This document shows, one piece after another, positions 51,071 to 60,442 of a stretch of 64,000 nucleotides of DNA. The notes under the pieces were generated by a model. The model was given only the letters and a program-made list of their open reading frames with translations. It was not told the origin of the DNA and made no database searches. A program made the position numbers and the translations under genes. The DNA is from Bacillota bacterium (GTDB lineage Bacteria; Bacillota; Clostridia; Peptostreptococcales; Anaerovoracaceae), in assembly GCA_017431785.1 (NCBI GenBank), contig JAFRKJ010000044.1:3346-67345 (forward strand), in the 5' to 3' direction. Numbering within the stretch: the stretch's first letter is position 1; each line of letters begins with the position of its first letter.

Positions 51071-51205
51071 TGATTCACTTTTGTATCACCCGCCTTGATG
51101 CTTTTTTCACAAATGCGGAAAGCGTTGGCACAGGCTAACTTGCGTATTTTCAAGCACAATACAGAAAGCGATTCGTTTATGTATCGCTGATACATAATTG
51201 AATCG
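51071..51205. promoter_or_regulatory. Three putative enhancer (UAS) palindromes, GATWC-N6-GWATC
   Basis: tgattcacttttgtatca (51071), cgattcgtttatgtatcg (51169), tgatacataattgaatcg (51188). Confidence 0.7.
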
Positions 51206-51235
51206 CTTTGTTGTCTGTTGGGTTGGATTGTTTCT

Positions 51236-52732
51236 TTATTGTTTCTCCGTCGTCAATCCGTATTTGTTCAGTTTTCTCACGATGGTTGGCTGGCTCACCT
51301 TCAGCACACGTGCGATGGCTCTCGTCGATCCATAGTTATCGATGGCCTGGCTGAGGATTTCTTTCTCCGCTTTTTCGAGAGCAGCCGTCAGCGATAGTTC
51401 TTCGTAGACAGTAGGGTTCTCGTCGGCGGCCTCTTTGATGAAGATGAAGATGTCGTCCTCCGTGATGACGCTGTGTGACGTGGTAATGACAAGTCGCTCT
51501 ATAATGTTCTGCAGCTCCCGGATATTGCCCGGCCAAGGGTATTTGAGCAGAATCGCCAGTGCATCGGCGCTGATTGTCTTCCTCTCGCCCAGTTCCCGGT
51601 TGCAGCGCACCAGATTTCTCTGGATCAGCGGCAGGATGTCATCTGGTCTTTCCCTAAGCGGCGGTACATTGATCGGCACAACGTTCAGTCTGTAATAGAG
51701 GTCCTCTCTGAACCGGCCTTCCTTAACCAGTTTCTCCAGATCCTTGTTCGTAGCCGAAATGATTCTGACATCGATCGGCACAGGTTTGGTTCCACCGACT
51801 GGTGTGATCTGTCTTTCCTGAATGACCTGCAGGAGCTTGACTTGCAGATTCAATGGCAGTTCGGAGATTTCGTCCAGGAATATGGTTCCGTCCTGAGCCG
51901 CTTCAAACAGGCCCTTCTTCCCGCCAGATCTTGATCCTGTGAATGCACCTGCCACATAGCCAAACAATTCTGACTCGATCAGATTCTCCGGGATCGCACC
52001 GCAATTTACCGTGACAAACGGTTTCTGCCAGCGATTGCCCTCTTCATGAAGTGTTCTGGCAATGAGGCCTTTGCCGACGCCGGATTCCCCTGTGATGAGT
52101 ACTGTCGTATTGACGGAAGCCAGTCGTTTTGTCAATGCGATGACATTCTTCATGGCCTCACTTCTGGAGACGATTCTGACCGTTTCGCTTCCGGTTCCAT
52201 TTGTTCCCTGTGTATCCTGTGTCTTGTCCTGCCCGAAGATGTCCTTCTCAGACAGCCCTCCCGGCGGCAGCAACCCAGGTCCGAACACGCCGGTATTTGT
52301 TGTCTTTGCATTCTTGCCGGCTGCATCGGAAATCTGCGTAATGTCTCTCGACGTGGTTACTACGAAAGCAATCTTTCTGGTATACCGGCCTTCACCTGCA
52401 GCGACCCAGCCGCCGCTGGTCATCGGGATGAAAATCGGCGTTCCCGTCGTGAGCAGTCTCCGACCGAACCGGTTCTCATGGATGATTGTAACTTCTCTCT
52501 TCTCATCCAGCACCCGCCTCGTAACAGACGGCGTGAATATACCGGACTTCTCCAGGTCGTCGACGTTCCGTCCGACGATCTCATCAAACTCGATTCCGTA
52601 TATATCCTCACATGCGTCGTTGCACCATTGACAAACACCATTTGCGTCATCGATGAACACCGCGTCCGTAATACCATCGAATATAGGCAAGAGCTGGTCA
52701 AGCGTCAACTCTGTTTTATTGAAGATCATCAT
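51236..52732 (-). CDS. sigma54-dependent enhancer-binding protein (PAS-AAA+-HTH)
   Basis: GESGVGKG, ESELFGY, GAFTG, FLDEISEL, REDLYYRLNV, WPGNIREL, C-terminal HTH. SD AGGAG before ATG 52732. Confidence 0.93.
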   Translation of the reverse strand: MMIFNKTELTLDQLLPIFDGITDAVFIDDANGVCQWCNDACEDIYGIEFDEIVGRNVDDLEKSGIFTPSVTRRVLDEKREVTIIHENRFGRRLLTTGTPIFIPMTSGGWVAAGEGRYTRKIAFVVTTSRDITQISDAAGKNAKTTNTGVFGPGLLPPGGLSEKDIFGQDKTQDTQGTNGTGSETVRIVSRSEAMKNVIALTKRLASVNTTVLITGESGVGKGLIARTLHEEGNRWQKPFVTVNCGAIPENLIESELFGYVAGAFTGSRSGGKKGLFEAAQDGTIFLDEISELPLNLQVKLLQVIQERQITPVGGTKPVPIDVRIISATNKDLEKLVKEGRFREDLYYRLNVVPINVPPLRERPDDILPLIQRNLVRCNRELGERKTISADALAILLKYPWPGNIRELQNIIERLVITTSHSVITEDDIFIFIKEAADENPTVYEELSLTAALEKAEKEILSQAIDNYGSTRAIARVLKVSQPTIVRKLNKYGLTTEKQ

Positions 52733-52779
52733 ATGCAATACTCCTGTAAACGCATCTATTCTAAGCAACATCAAGTTGC

Positions 52780-52797
52780 TGATACATTTCTGTATCA
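52780..52797. promoter_or_regulatory. Putative autoregulatory site TGATACA-N4-TGTATCA
   Basis: Perfect-armed palindrome of the same family as the UAS boxes, upstream of the activator gene. Confidence 0.65.
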
Positions 52798-52898
52798 TTA
52801 TAGCACATTCGTTGTTTTTTACCTAAATAAAAACGACGATTATATTAGTCGCCGTTTTCTTCTGTGTTTACTTTTCTAAATTGCGTAGCTGAAGTCAG

Positions 52899-53591
52899 CT
52901 AGAAATACCGGAACACGCCTTTGACTTTTCCCAGGATTTTAACATCGTTGACGATGATCGGGCTCATGCAGGAATTCTCCGGCTGCAGCCTGATGTGGTC
53001 GGCTTCCTTATAGAAGGTTTTAACGGTTGCTTCGCTTTCGAAACCGTCGACCATTGCCACGACCATATCTCCATTGCGCGCTGTGCTGCACTGCTCCACG
53101 AGGATGTAGTCGCCATCCATGATGCCGGCTTCGATCATGCTCTCACCGTGAACTGTCAGCATAAATGTTGTGCCGTTCCCTACGAATCTGGCAGGAATCG
53201 GGAAAGAATCTTCAATGTTCTGTTCGGCCAGAATCGGTGTCCCTGCAGCGATTCTTCCGACGACAGGAACGTCTATGACATCTGCCCGCTCAACTTCTGC
53301 GGTGCCGCGAGGGGCGTCAGCTGCACCAGGAACGACGCCAAAACCTGCTTCAGAAGCAGAGCGAACTGCAGCAAGCTGATCAAAATCATCATCTACTACG
53401 AGGAGCGCACGTGGTCTGGCCGGGTCCTTTTTCAGATATCCTTCTCTCTCAAGACTGGCGATATCCTTATGCACTGTCGAGGTGGACTTGATGCCCAGGG
53501 CTGAACAGATTTCTCTGACTGTTGGCGGATAGCCTTTCTCCCGGATCTCGGCCTTCATATATTCAAGTATCTTCTTCTCACGTTCTTTCAT
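52899..53591 (-). CDS. lexA: SOS repressor LexA
   Basis: GYPPTVREI, RIAAGTPILA (Ala-Gly cleavage site), GESM, ATVK, LQPEN. Confidence 0.96.
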   Translation of the reverse strand: MKEREKKILEYMKAEIREKGYPPTVREICSALGIKSTSTVHKDIASLEREGYLKKDPARPRALLVVDDDFDQLAAVRSASEAGFGVVPGAADAPRGTAEVERADVIDVPVVGRIAAGTPILAEQNIEDSFPIPARFVGNGTTFMLTVHGESMIEAGIMDGDYILVEQCSTARNGDMVVAMVDGFESEATVKTFYKEADHIRLQPENSCMSPIIVNDVKILGKVKGVFRYF

Positions 53592-53604
53592 AAACATGAC
53601 CTCC

Positions 53605-53670
53605 GAATATTTGTTCCCCTTTTCGCGAACATAATATCACAAACAAACAAAAAATGCAAACATTTGTTTG
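53605..53670. promoter_or_regulatory. SOS-box-like sites upstream of lexA
   Basis: GAAT-ATTT-GTTC (53605-53616) and cAAAC-ATTT-GTTTg (53657-53670) resemble the Bacillota consensus GAAC-N4-GTTC. Confidence 0.6.
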
Positions 53671-53727
53671 CATTTTCATCCTTGTTTTTTATTTATACAA
53701 AAGCCTCGAGCCAGAACTGTTTCGTCT

Positions 53728-54816
53728 CTACTCTTGTTCCTGCTCCTGTTCTTGTCCTTCCTCCTGCTCTCCTTCCCCTACATAACGATATACATCGCTG
53801 TAGCTGCGGAAGTAGTTGTTGAACGGTTCGACGCTGATGCAGCGCTTGCCGCCAAAAGTATGCGCCCCCACGACCTGACCGTCGCCGTTGTAAATCTCAA
53901 CATGGAACCATCCGGAGCCATTGCGTCCGTCACCCGGTCTGTAATAAAAGAGTACATCGCCCGGTTGAAGATCCTCTTCCTTAGGATTGCCGATTCCCTC
54001 CCAGACATCCGAATCGATCATCGCCTGTCTGATGACACTGGTGTGATTGTGATTCCAGCACCAGCGCTCCATCATATCGACCTGTCCGCCATGCCAGTAA
54101 GCCGCCGTCATGAACGCGATGCAGTCGTATACTTTGTTCCCGCCGTGGCAGACCGGGCACTGACCGCGGCCATACGTATAGGCATCATCCGCTGCGATTT
54201 TGCGCGCCCACTCAAGAGTGCCTCTGATCTGCGCCTGGGCCTCTGTCTCCGTGATTTCTATATTAACTTCTTTTGAAGCTGCTTCGTGAGTGTCTGTCTC
54301 TGCCGCCTCGACCTCGACCGTCGCTTCACCTGCTGCAATGGCTTCCACGTTTCCTTCCTCATCGACTTTGAGTACATCCTCGTCGCTGGAGCTATAGGTC
54401 AGATCTGTATCCGCCGACTGATTCACATTGATATCGTCAGCGATGTTGGCGGTGATTTTCGTCTTGCCTTCAATCTCCTGGTGCGCTTTGACGACTGAGA
54501 AATTCGTCTCACTGGAACCGTGGTAAGTTGCTTTCCCGGTCACCTTGACTGTTGCTTCACCGACTTCTTCGTTGTTCTCATATTCAACGGTGAAGTCTGC
54601 CCCTTCTTCCAGCACGAACGGTCCGTTCTGGAGCTTAACCTTCGGCTTGACTGGTTCACCGGTGTACTCAGCCGCCTCAGCATTGAGCGTCAGCTTGTAA
54701 TTATCGATATTTGTGATGTACGCAAACCATGCCGGCAGCGCAATCACCGCCACCAGCAGCATAATTCCGATAATATACATGTTTTTGAAACTGAATCTCC
54801 GATATGGTTTGCTCAC
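53728..54816 (-). CDS. Membrane-anchored Ig-like/MBG-repeat protein with C-terminal NlpC/P60-like amidohydrolase
   Basis: TM helix; YTGEPVKPKV...YENNEEVGEATV; YDCIAF (Cys), LQPGDVLF, FHVEIY (His). Confidence 0.72.
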   Translation of the reverse strand: MSKPYRRFSFKNMYIIGIMLLVAVIALPAWFAYITNIDNYKLTLNAEAAEYTGEPVKPKVKLQNGPFVLEEGADFTVEYENNEEVGEATVKVTGKATYHGSSETNFSVVKAHQEIEGKTKITANIADDINVNQSADTDLTYSSSDEDVLKVDEEGNVEAIAAGEATVEVEAAETDTHEAASKEVNIEITETEAQAQIRGTLEWARKIAADDAYTYGRGQCPVCHGGNKVYDCIAFMTAAYWHGGQVDMMERWCWNHNHTSVIRQAMIDSDVWEGIGNPKEEDLQPGDVLFYYRPGDGRNGSGWFHVEIYNGDGQVVGAHTFGGKRCISVEPFNNYFRSYSDVYRYVGEGEQEEGQEQEQEQE

Positions 54817-54975
54817 GCGCCATTTCTCCCATCTGTTTCGCGAATTGGTCTTTAGTATACTCCAAATCCTCCATTATTACAATTTATTAAGCTTGTCTTT
54901 TGTTAATAATGACCCAATTTTTTCTTACATTAATGTATGATGGCTTTGTATCGTAACGTGTGAGGAGACAAAATC

Positions 54976-57045
54976 ATGAAAATCAAAAAAATCATTGCAA
55001 TCGCGACAGCTGCTGCCTTTGCATTCACAGGCACCTGTTATGCTGATACAGGTGTGAACCTGGCGACAGAAGGCAGCGATGCGACAGAGGTCATCGAGGA
55101 CATCTCCCTTTCCGGAGACAGAATCGAAGCCGACGAAACCGCATATTACACAGGAGATTTAAACGTTGATTTCAGCCTGAATGATGACGCCGGAATCAGC
55201 AGTGTAGCAATTGTGGTTAATGGCGAAACGCTGGCCGAGAAGAAATATGATACTTCGAACTGTATTGAGACAGCGGACGGCGAAGTCATTAACGCAGACA
55301 GCACTGTGGAAACGGAGGAAACCGAGACGGCTGAAGAGCCTGCAAGCGCATCGGAACCGATTACTTCTATTTCAGATTCATTAGTCATCGATTCCGAGGC
55401 GCTCCAATCAGCGGCTGAAGCAAAGGCAACCGAACCGGAAGCGGAAGCAGAAACAGTAGAACCGGAAGCTGAAACGGAAGCGACAGAGCCGGAAGCTGAA
55501 ACGGAAGCAACAGAGCCGGAAACGGAAGTGGAAGCAGCAGACCCGAACGCTGAGAATGAAGCCGCAGTGACGGAAACCGAAACAGCGCCAGCAACGGATC
55601 CTGAAGCAACTGTGCCTGAAGCAGAAGTTGCAGAACCGGAAGTCGCAGCAGAAGCAACCGCGGCAGAGGGCGAATCTGAAGTTGCAGAACCGCAAGCCGA
55701 AGCAGAAGAACAGGAAACCGAAACTGTTAGCGGCGGAGAGGAATCCGAAAGCACTGAGGAGGCAATCTGCAATACCGTTGAAGCTGAAATGATCGTCACC
55801 GACGTAAACGGACAGACAGAGACAAAGAAGTTCGACATCAATACAGCTCCTGCCAAGACGGAAGCTGAAGAGCAGAAGGCTGAGAGCGAGATGAGCGCAA
55901 TGGGTCTTTCAAATGTGCAGGTCGTCGATGCCAACACATACCGCGTGGAAGTCAATCTGACCCGCCAGGCTGTCACTTTCTATAAGCAACAGGCAAATGG
56001 CACATACAAGCCTCTCAAGGTGGTCGTCTGTTCATCGGGACGTTCCGGTGAAACTACACCGACAGGAACCTTCAAGATTGGCCCATACAAGAAAAAATGC
56101 GGCAGATCGAGATGGGCGCTCCTGAGTGGCGGAAGTTCTTATGCCCAGTATCTGGTCAGATTCCAGCACGGCATCTGTTTCCACTCTGTTCCTTACAAGA
56201 GCCGTGGAGACAACAGCAAAATGTACAGAAGCCAGTATAACAAGCTGGGCGGCGTAGCCTCCGCAGGTTGTGTCCGTCTGAGAGTCGTCGATGCCAAGTG
56301 GATCTATGACAACTGTCCTACCGGCACTGTCGTCAAGGTGTACAGAAGCTCCACAGCAAGCCCTCTGGGCAAGCCGACATATAAGAAGCTGGGCTCCGGA
56401 AGTTCCCTTTGCTGGGACCCGACAGATCCTGATACAGGCAATCCGGCCTATGGCGGAAACGGCAAACCGACAGGCATCTATATTGGCGGAACTGCTATCA
56501 CCTATGAAAAAGCAGCCCCGGTCAAAACAGTATCATCAGATATTACACAGCACACCGTCAAGCTTTCGACTGCTAGATATGTTTACAACGGCGAAGTACG
56601 CACACCGGCTGTATCAATCTATGGTCTGACCAAGAACACGAACTTTACCGTCAAGTATCCGGAAGGCCGGAAGGAAGTCGGCAGATATGACATCACCGTC
56701 ACAGGTAAAGAAACGTTCACTGGAACCAAGACAGTGACATTCAGAATCTATCCGATGAGCACTAAGATCACAAGCCTCAGCAAGGCTGGATCCAAGAAGT
56801 TCAAAGTGAAGTACAAGAAGATTACCAAGCAGATCACCGGCTATCAGATCAAATACAGTACAAGTTCAAAGTTCAGTAAGAACTGCAAAAGCACTACTGT
56901 AAAAGGATATAAGAATATCAACAAGACCATAAAGGTTCCAAAGAAAGGAACTTACTACGTCAAGGTAAGAGTCTACAAGATAACCGACAAAGGCTACAAG
57001 TATTACTCTTCATGGTCTGCAGTCAAGAAGATCAGAGTCAGATAA
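54976..57045 (+). CDS. Secreted L,D-transpeptidase (YkuD) with acidic linker and basic FN3-like C-terminus
   Basis: Signal peptide; VNLTRQ, CSSG...TPTGTF, FHSVPY...ASAGCVRL; TGYQIKYSTSSKF...YYVKVR...SSWS. Confidence 0.85.
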   Translation: MKIKKIIAIATAAAFAFTGTCYADTGVNLATEGSDATEVIEDISLSGDRIEADETAYYTGDLNVDFSLNDDAGISSVAIVVNGETLAEKKYDTSNCIETADGEVINADSTVETEETETAEEPASASEPITSISDSLVIDSEALQSAAEAKATEPEAEAETVEPEAETEATEPEAETEATEPETEVEAADPNAENEAAVTETETAPATDPEATVPEAEVAEPEVAAEATAAEGESEVAEPQAEAEEQETETVSGGEESESTEEAICNTVEAEMIVTDVNGQTETKKFDINTAPAKTEAEEQKAESEMSAMGLSNVQVVDANTYRVEVNLTRQAVTFYKQQANGTYKPLKVVVCSSGRSGETTPTGTFKIGPYKKKCGRSRWALLSGGSSYAQYLVRFQHGICFHSVPYKSRGDNSKMYRSQYNKLGGVASAGCVRLRVVDAKWIYDNCPTGTVVKVYRSSTASPLGKPTYKKLGSGSSLCWDPTDPDTGNPAYGGNGKPTGIYIGGTAITYEKAAPVKTVSSDITQHTVKLSTARYVYNGEVRTPAVSIYGLTKNTNFTVKYPEGRKEVGRYDITVTGKETFTGTKTVTFRIYPMSTKITSLSKAGSKKFKVKYKKITKQITGYQIKYSTSSKFSKNCKSTTVKGYKNINKTIKVPKKGTYYVKVRVYKITDKGYKYYSSWSAVKKIRVR
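55425..55535 (+). repeat. 27-bp tandem coding repeats (EPEAETEAT)
   Basis: gagccggaagctgaaacggaagc(g/a)aca units. Confidence 0.75.
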
Positions 57046-57062
57046 CAACGATTGCAATTATA

Positions 57063-57101
57063 AAAGGAGCTGTCCATCGAATTCGATGCGGCAGCTCTTT
57101 T
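57063..57101. terminator. Bidirectional terminator
   Basis: aaaggagctgtc...ggcagctctttt between convergent genes. Confidence 0.7.
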
Positions 57102-57103
57102 GT

Positions 57104-58297
57104 TTATCTTACCAGTAATTTTTTGATTCCCTCTTCCAGTCCGCTTAAGGATAGTTCGTACATCGGAAAGACTTCTCCGACATCATGGATGGTTTCTGAC
57201 CCGTAGGTGTATTCCCAGGTCTTCTTCGGAATCGGATTGAGCCAGATCTGCTTCTTGAAGCGTTTCTTGAACTTCATGAACCACTCCATACCAGTCTCGC
57301 GATTGAAGAGCCCGATAATGGCATTGCCGCCTTTGCGATAGAGCTCTGACGGCGCCATGGCTGCGTCACCGACGAAAATGACTTTGTATTCAGCATCGAG
57401 TTTATTGAATACCCAGGTGGTCTCTACAGAATCACGCAGCTTGCAGTGCGGCGTGGTATAAAGCTGGTCGTAAATCGCATTGTGGAAATAGTAGATCTTC
57501 AGATCCTTGAAGTGATTAGACCTGCTGACAGCCTGGAACAATCGGTTGCACAAACGGCTGTACGGCAGCATGGACCCTTCCGAATCAATCAGCAGCAGAA
57601 CCTTGACCGTATTCTTTCGCGGTTTCTCGTATGCCAATGTCAGCATTCCGCCATTGTCACACGTTTCGTCGATGGTCTTGTCGATATCCAGTTCCTTTTC
57701 CATTGTATCGACGCGGGATGAATACTGGCGCAGTTTCCGGAAAGCCATCTGGAACTGACGGATATCTAGAATCGTATCTTCGCGAAAATCCTTGAAGTTC
57801 CGCTCACCGGCAACCTGCAAAGCTGTCTTGTGGCGGCTTTTGCCCCCTACCCTGATGCCGCTCGGATGGTATCCGCCGCGACCCATAGGAGATGTTCCGC
57901 CAGTACCGATCCAGTAGTTGCCGCCGTCGTGCTTTTCCTTCTGCTCTTTGATTCTCTCTTCAAACATCTTGAGCAGTTCTTCCAGTTCCTTCGCAAATAG
58001 TTTCTTGTTGCCGTGGTCTTCCAGATCCCTTTCCAGTTCACTTTCGTTGAGCCAACGCCAAAACTCCTCGGGCAGATCCTCCGGTGTTTCTATTCCCTGA
58101 AAATATTCTGCGAAAATCTGGTCGAACTTGTCATAGTCTGATTCAGTTTTTACCAGAATGCTCCTGCACAGTTGATAGAATCCCATGAGGGATGAATGGG
58201 CAAGACCCTTGTCCAAAGCCTCTACCAGTGTCATCCACTCATTGATGGATACTTTCAATCCGCGCAGACGAAGCAAATAAAAGAATTCTAAAAACAT
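57104..58297 (-). CDS. VWA-domain (CoxE-like) protein, MoxR partner
   Basis: GGNYWIGTGGTSPMG, IDSEGSM (MIDAS-like), YYFHN, VGDAAMAPSEL, WLNP. Confidence 0.85.
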   Translation of the reverse strand: MFLEFFYLLRLRGLKVSINEWMTLVEALDKGLAHSSLMGFYQLCRSILVKTESDYDKFDQIFAEYFQGIETPEDLPEEFWRWLNESELERDLEDHGNKKLFAKELEELLKMFEERIKEQKEKHDGGNYWIGTGGTSPMGRGGYHPSGIRVGGKSRHKTALQVAGERNFKDFREDTILDIRQFQMAFRKLRQYSSRVDTMEKELDIDKTIDETCDNGGMLTLAYEKPRKNTVKVLLLIDSEGSMLPYSRLCNRLFQAVSRSNHFKDLKIYYFHNAIYDQLYTTPHCKLRDSVETTWVFNKLDAEYKVIFVGDAAMAPSELYRKGGNAIIGLFNRETGMEWFMKFKKRFKKQIWLNPIPKKTWEYTYGSETIHDVGEVFPMYELSLSGLEEGIKKLLVR

Positions 58298-58320
58298 ATT
58301 ACCTCTGTATCGGCCGATTC

Positions 58321-59166
58321 TTACCAGTTCCTCAGGCTGTATCCTTTCTCCCTGATTTCTTCAAACACATCGATATCCTGATTCTTCTTCAGAAGTACGC
58401 CAAGGAACGGCATGTCTTCATAGAGATCTGCAACGCTGACACCGCTGATCATCAGAGCCTGGATCCAGTCCAGCAGTTCCGATGTGGACGGTCTCTTCTG
58501 CAGGTCTTTCATGTCGCGGATCTTGTAGAATGCATCCAGTGCGTTTTCTACCAGTTTTTTATCAATGTCGCCATAGTGTACGTGGATGATTTCTTCCATC
58601 TTCTCCGCATCCGGGAACTCGATGTAGTGGAAGATACAGCGGCGCAGGAATGCGTCCGGCAGTTCCTTCTCCGCGTTGGAAGTGATGATGACGATCGGAC
58701 GGTGCTTGGCCGTGACAGTTTCCTTCGTTTCGTTGATGTAGAATTCCATCTTGTCCAGTTCCCAAAGTAAGTCGTTCGGGAACTCAAGATCTGCTTTATC
58801 GATCTCGTCAATCAGGAGCACCACCTGCTGATCCGACGTAAATGCCTCACCCAGCTTACCCAGTTTGATGTACTGACCGATGTTTTTGACATCACCTTCG
58901 CCGAACTGCGAATCGTAAAGTCTTTGTACGGTATCGTAGACGTAGAGGCCATCCTGTGCCTTTGTCGTGGACTTGATGCTCCAGATAATCAGGGGCATAT
59001 CCAGTGATTCCGCAATCGCTTCAGCCAGCATGGTCTTACCTGTGCCCGGCTCACCTTTGATCAATAACGGTTTCTTCAAGGCGATGGACACGTTGACGGC
59101 GTTCATCAGTTCGTCTGTTACTACGTAATTGTCGCTTCCTTTGAAGACATTCATATCTTTTGTCAT
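58321..59166 (-). CDS. MoxR-family AAA+ ATPase
   Basis: KGEPGTGKT, LIDEIDKAD, FPNDLL, SNAEKELPDAFLRRC. Confidence 0.92.
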   Translation of the reverse strand: MTKDMNVFKGSDNYVVTDELMNAVNVSIALKKPLLIKGEPGTGKTMLAEAIAESLDMPLIIWSIKSTTKAQDGLYVYDTVQRLYDSQFGEGDVKNIGQYIKLGKLGEAFTSDQQVVLLIDEIDKADLEFPNDLLWELDKMEFYINETKETVTAKHRPIVIITSNAEKELPDAFLRRCIFHYIEFPDAEKMEEIIHVHYGDIDKKLVENALDAFYKIRDMKDLQKRPSTSELLDWIQALMISGVSVADLYEDMPFLGVLLKKNQDIDVFEEIREKGYSLRNW

Positions 59167-59167
59167 C

Positions 59168-60442
59168 TTACTGCTCCTCTTGATTTTGCTCCGCTTCTTC
59201 CAGGACTCCATCCTGCTCATTTCTCTCCTGCAGGACTTCCTCCTTCGTTTCTTCCATTTCTTTCATTTCATTTTTGTTGAGGACTTTTCCTCTGTATTTG
59301 ATTGTGGTCACCGGACCGCCGCGGTACGCCTTGACGCCGATCGTATCAATTCCACCGCTCACATACGCTTCATACGCTGCAAAAGCAGTCTCCCAGCTTT
59401 CATAACCCGCCTCTCCTCTGTGATCCGGCAAATCATAATGGTCTTTCAGATAGGAGGTCAGGTAACGCGTGTATTTCTCTGCACCGATGTAGTTTACGTG
59501 TTTGCTGTTGTAGTAATCCTTATCGAAGTCCAGCCCAAGTTCCTCATACATCTCAAGTGTATTGAAATCCAACACAGTATAGCCACGCTTCCGTACCTTA
59601 TCGAAAGCTGTATTAAAAACCGGTTTCTGCCCTTTCAAGCAGCAGTACGGCGAAAGGACGAACAGCACCTGCACGTCACCGTCCTTCGTCAGCTCATCGC
59701 ATTTGTCCAGCGTCGTATTGAGTGCATGCTCTGCAATGTCAGAGAGCGGCTCCCGTTTCTCTGATACTTTGCCCGGAAACTGATTCACCTGTTTGGTCGT
59801 ATTGAAGCTCATGACGTAGCCTTTGGTCTGATTCTTCGTCGCCGTGATTTTGAAGTCGCCCGGTGACATATTGCCCTCAGCCAGTCTGCCGTGATACTTC
59901 AAAATCGGAATGTAATAGTCCAGACCGTTTTCACCGATATCGCCCAGCATTCCCTTGTTTCCATCCATTTCTGCAAAGGCAGTATCCAGGGCATCTTTCT
60001 TGATAGACGAATACTTCAGATTATCTGTCACCCTGCGGATGTGAGCGTCGGTAATCATGTCCCTGTTCTTCAGCAGCCACCGCATCTCGATGACGTACAG
60101 TTTCGGGCTCTGAGTCTTCTGCACCTCGTCGATTAGATCCGGCACGAAGAACATCGGCATACCCATGGTCGCAACGGTGAAGCAAGTCATCCCCTCTTCT
60201 TCATAGGCCAACGGATTGATGAAGTAGCGATTCGATGCACTGGTGCCCAGATACATCACATCAATCGTGTCCTTCGGTTCTGCATAAAAAGCTTTGAATG
60301 TCTGCCTGTTCGCATCGGCGTCGCCCATGCTGAATACCTTGTTCAGATAGCAGAATAAAAGCCCCGTGCAAAGGAGAAATATCACTATGCCGAGGATGAT
60401 TTTCGTCGTTGGTTTTTTCGCAGTGTTGTGTTTTTCGTCCAT
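59168..60442 (-). CDS. Membrane-anchored SGNH/DltD-like protein
   Basis: N-terminal TM; DVMYLGTSA; DYYNSKHVNYIGA (DxxH-like). Confidence 0.6.
   Translation of the reverse strand: MDEKHNTAKKPTTKIILGIVIFLLCTGLLFCYLNKVFSMGDADANRQTFKAFYAEPKDTIDVMYLGTSASNRYFINPLAYEEEGMTCFTVATMGMPMFFVPDLIDEVQKTQSPKLYVIEMRWLLKNRDMITDAHIRRVTDNLKYSSIKKDALDTAFAEMDGNKGMLGDIGENGLDYYIPILKYHGRLAEGNMSPGDFKITATKNQTKGYVMSFNTTKQVNQFPGKVSEKREPLSDIAEHALNTTLDKCDELTKDGDVQVLFVLSPYCCLKGQKPVFNTAFDKVRKRGYTVLDFNTLEMYEELGLDFDKDYYNSKHVNYIGAEKYTRYLTSYLKDHYDLPDHRGEAGYESWETAFAAYEAYVSGGIDTIGVKAYRGGPVTTIKYRGKVLNKNEMKEMEETKEEVLQERNEQDGVLEEAEQNQEEQ

Noticed and set aside
51125-51143. Second sigma54 promoter on + (TTGGCAC...TTGC)
   Set aside because: Spacing is N8 rather than N5, and there is no downstream + strand gene.
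55146-55976. 276-aa - strand Ser/Ala-rich ORF
   Set aside because: Antisense of the acidic repeat stalk of the L,D-transpeptidase.
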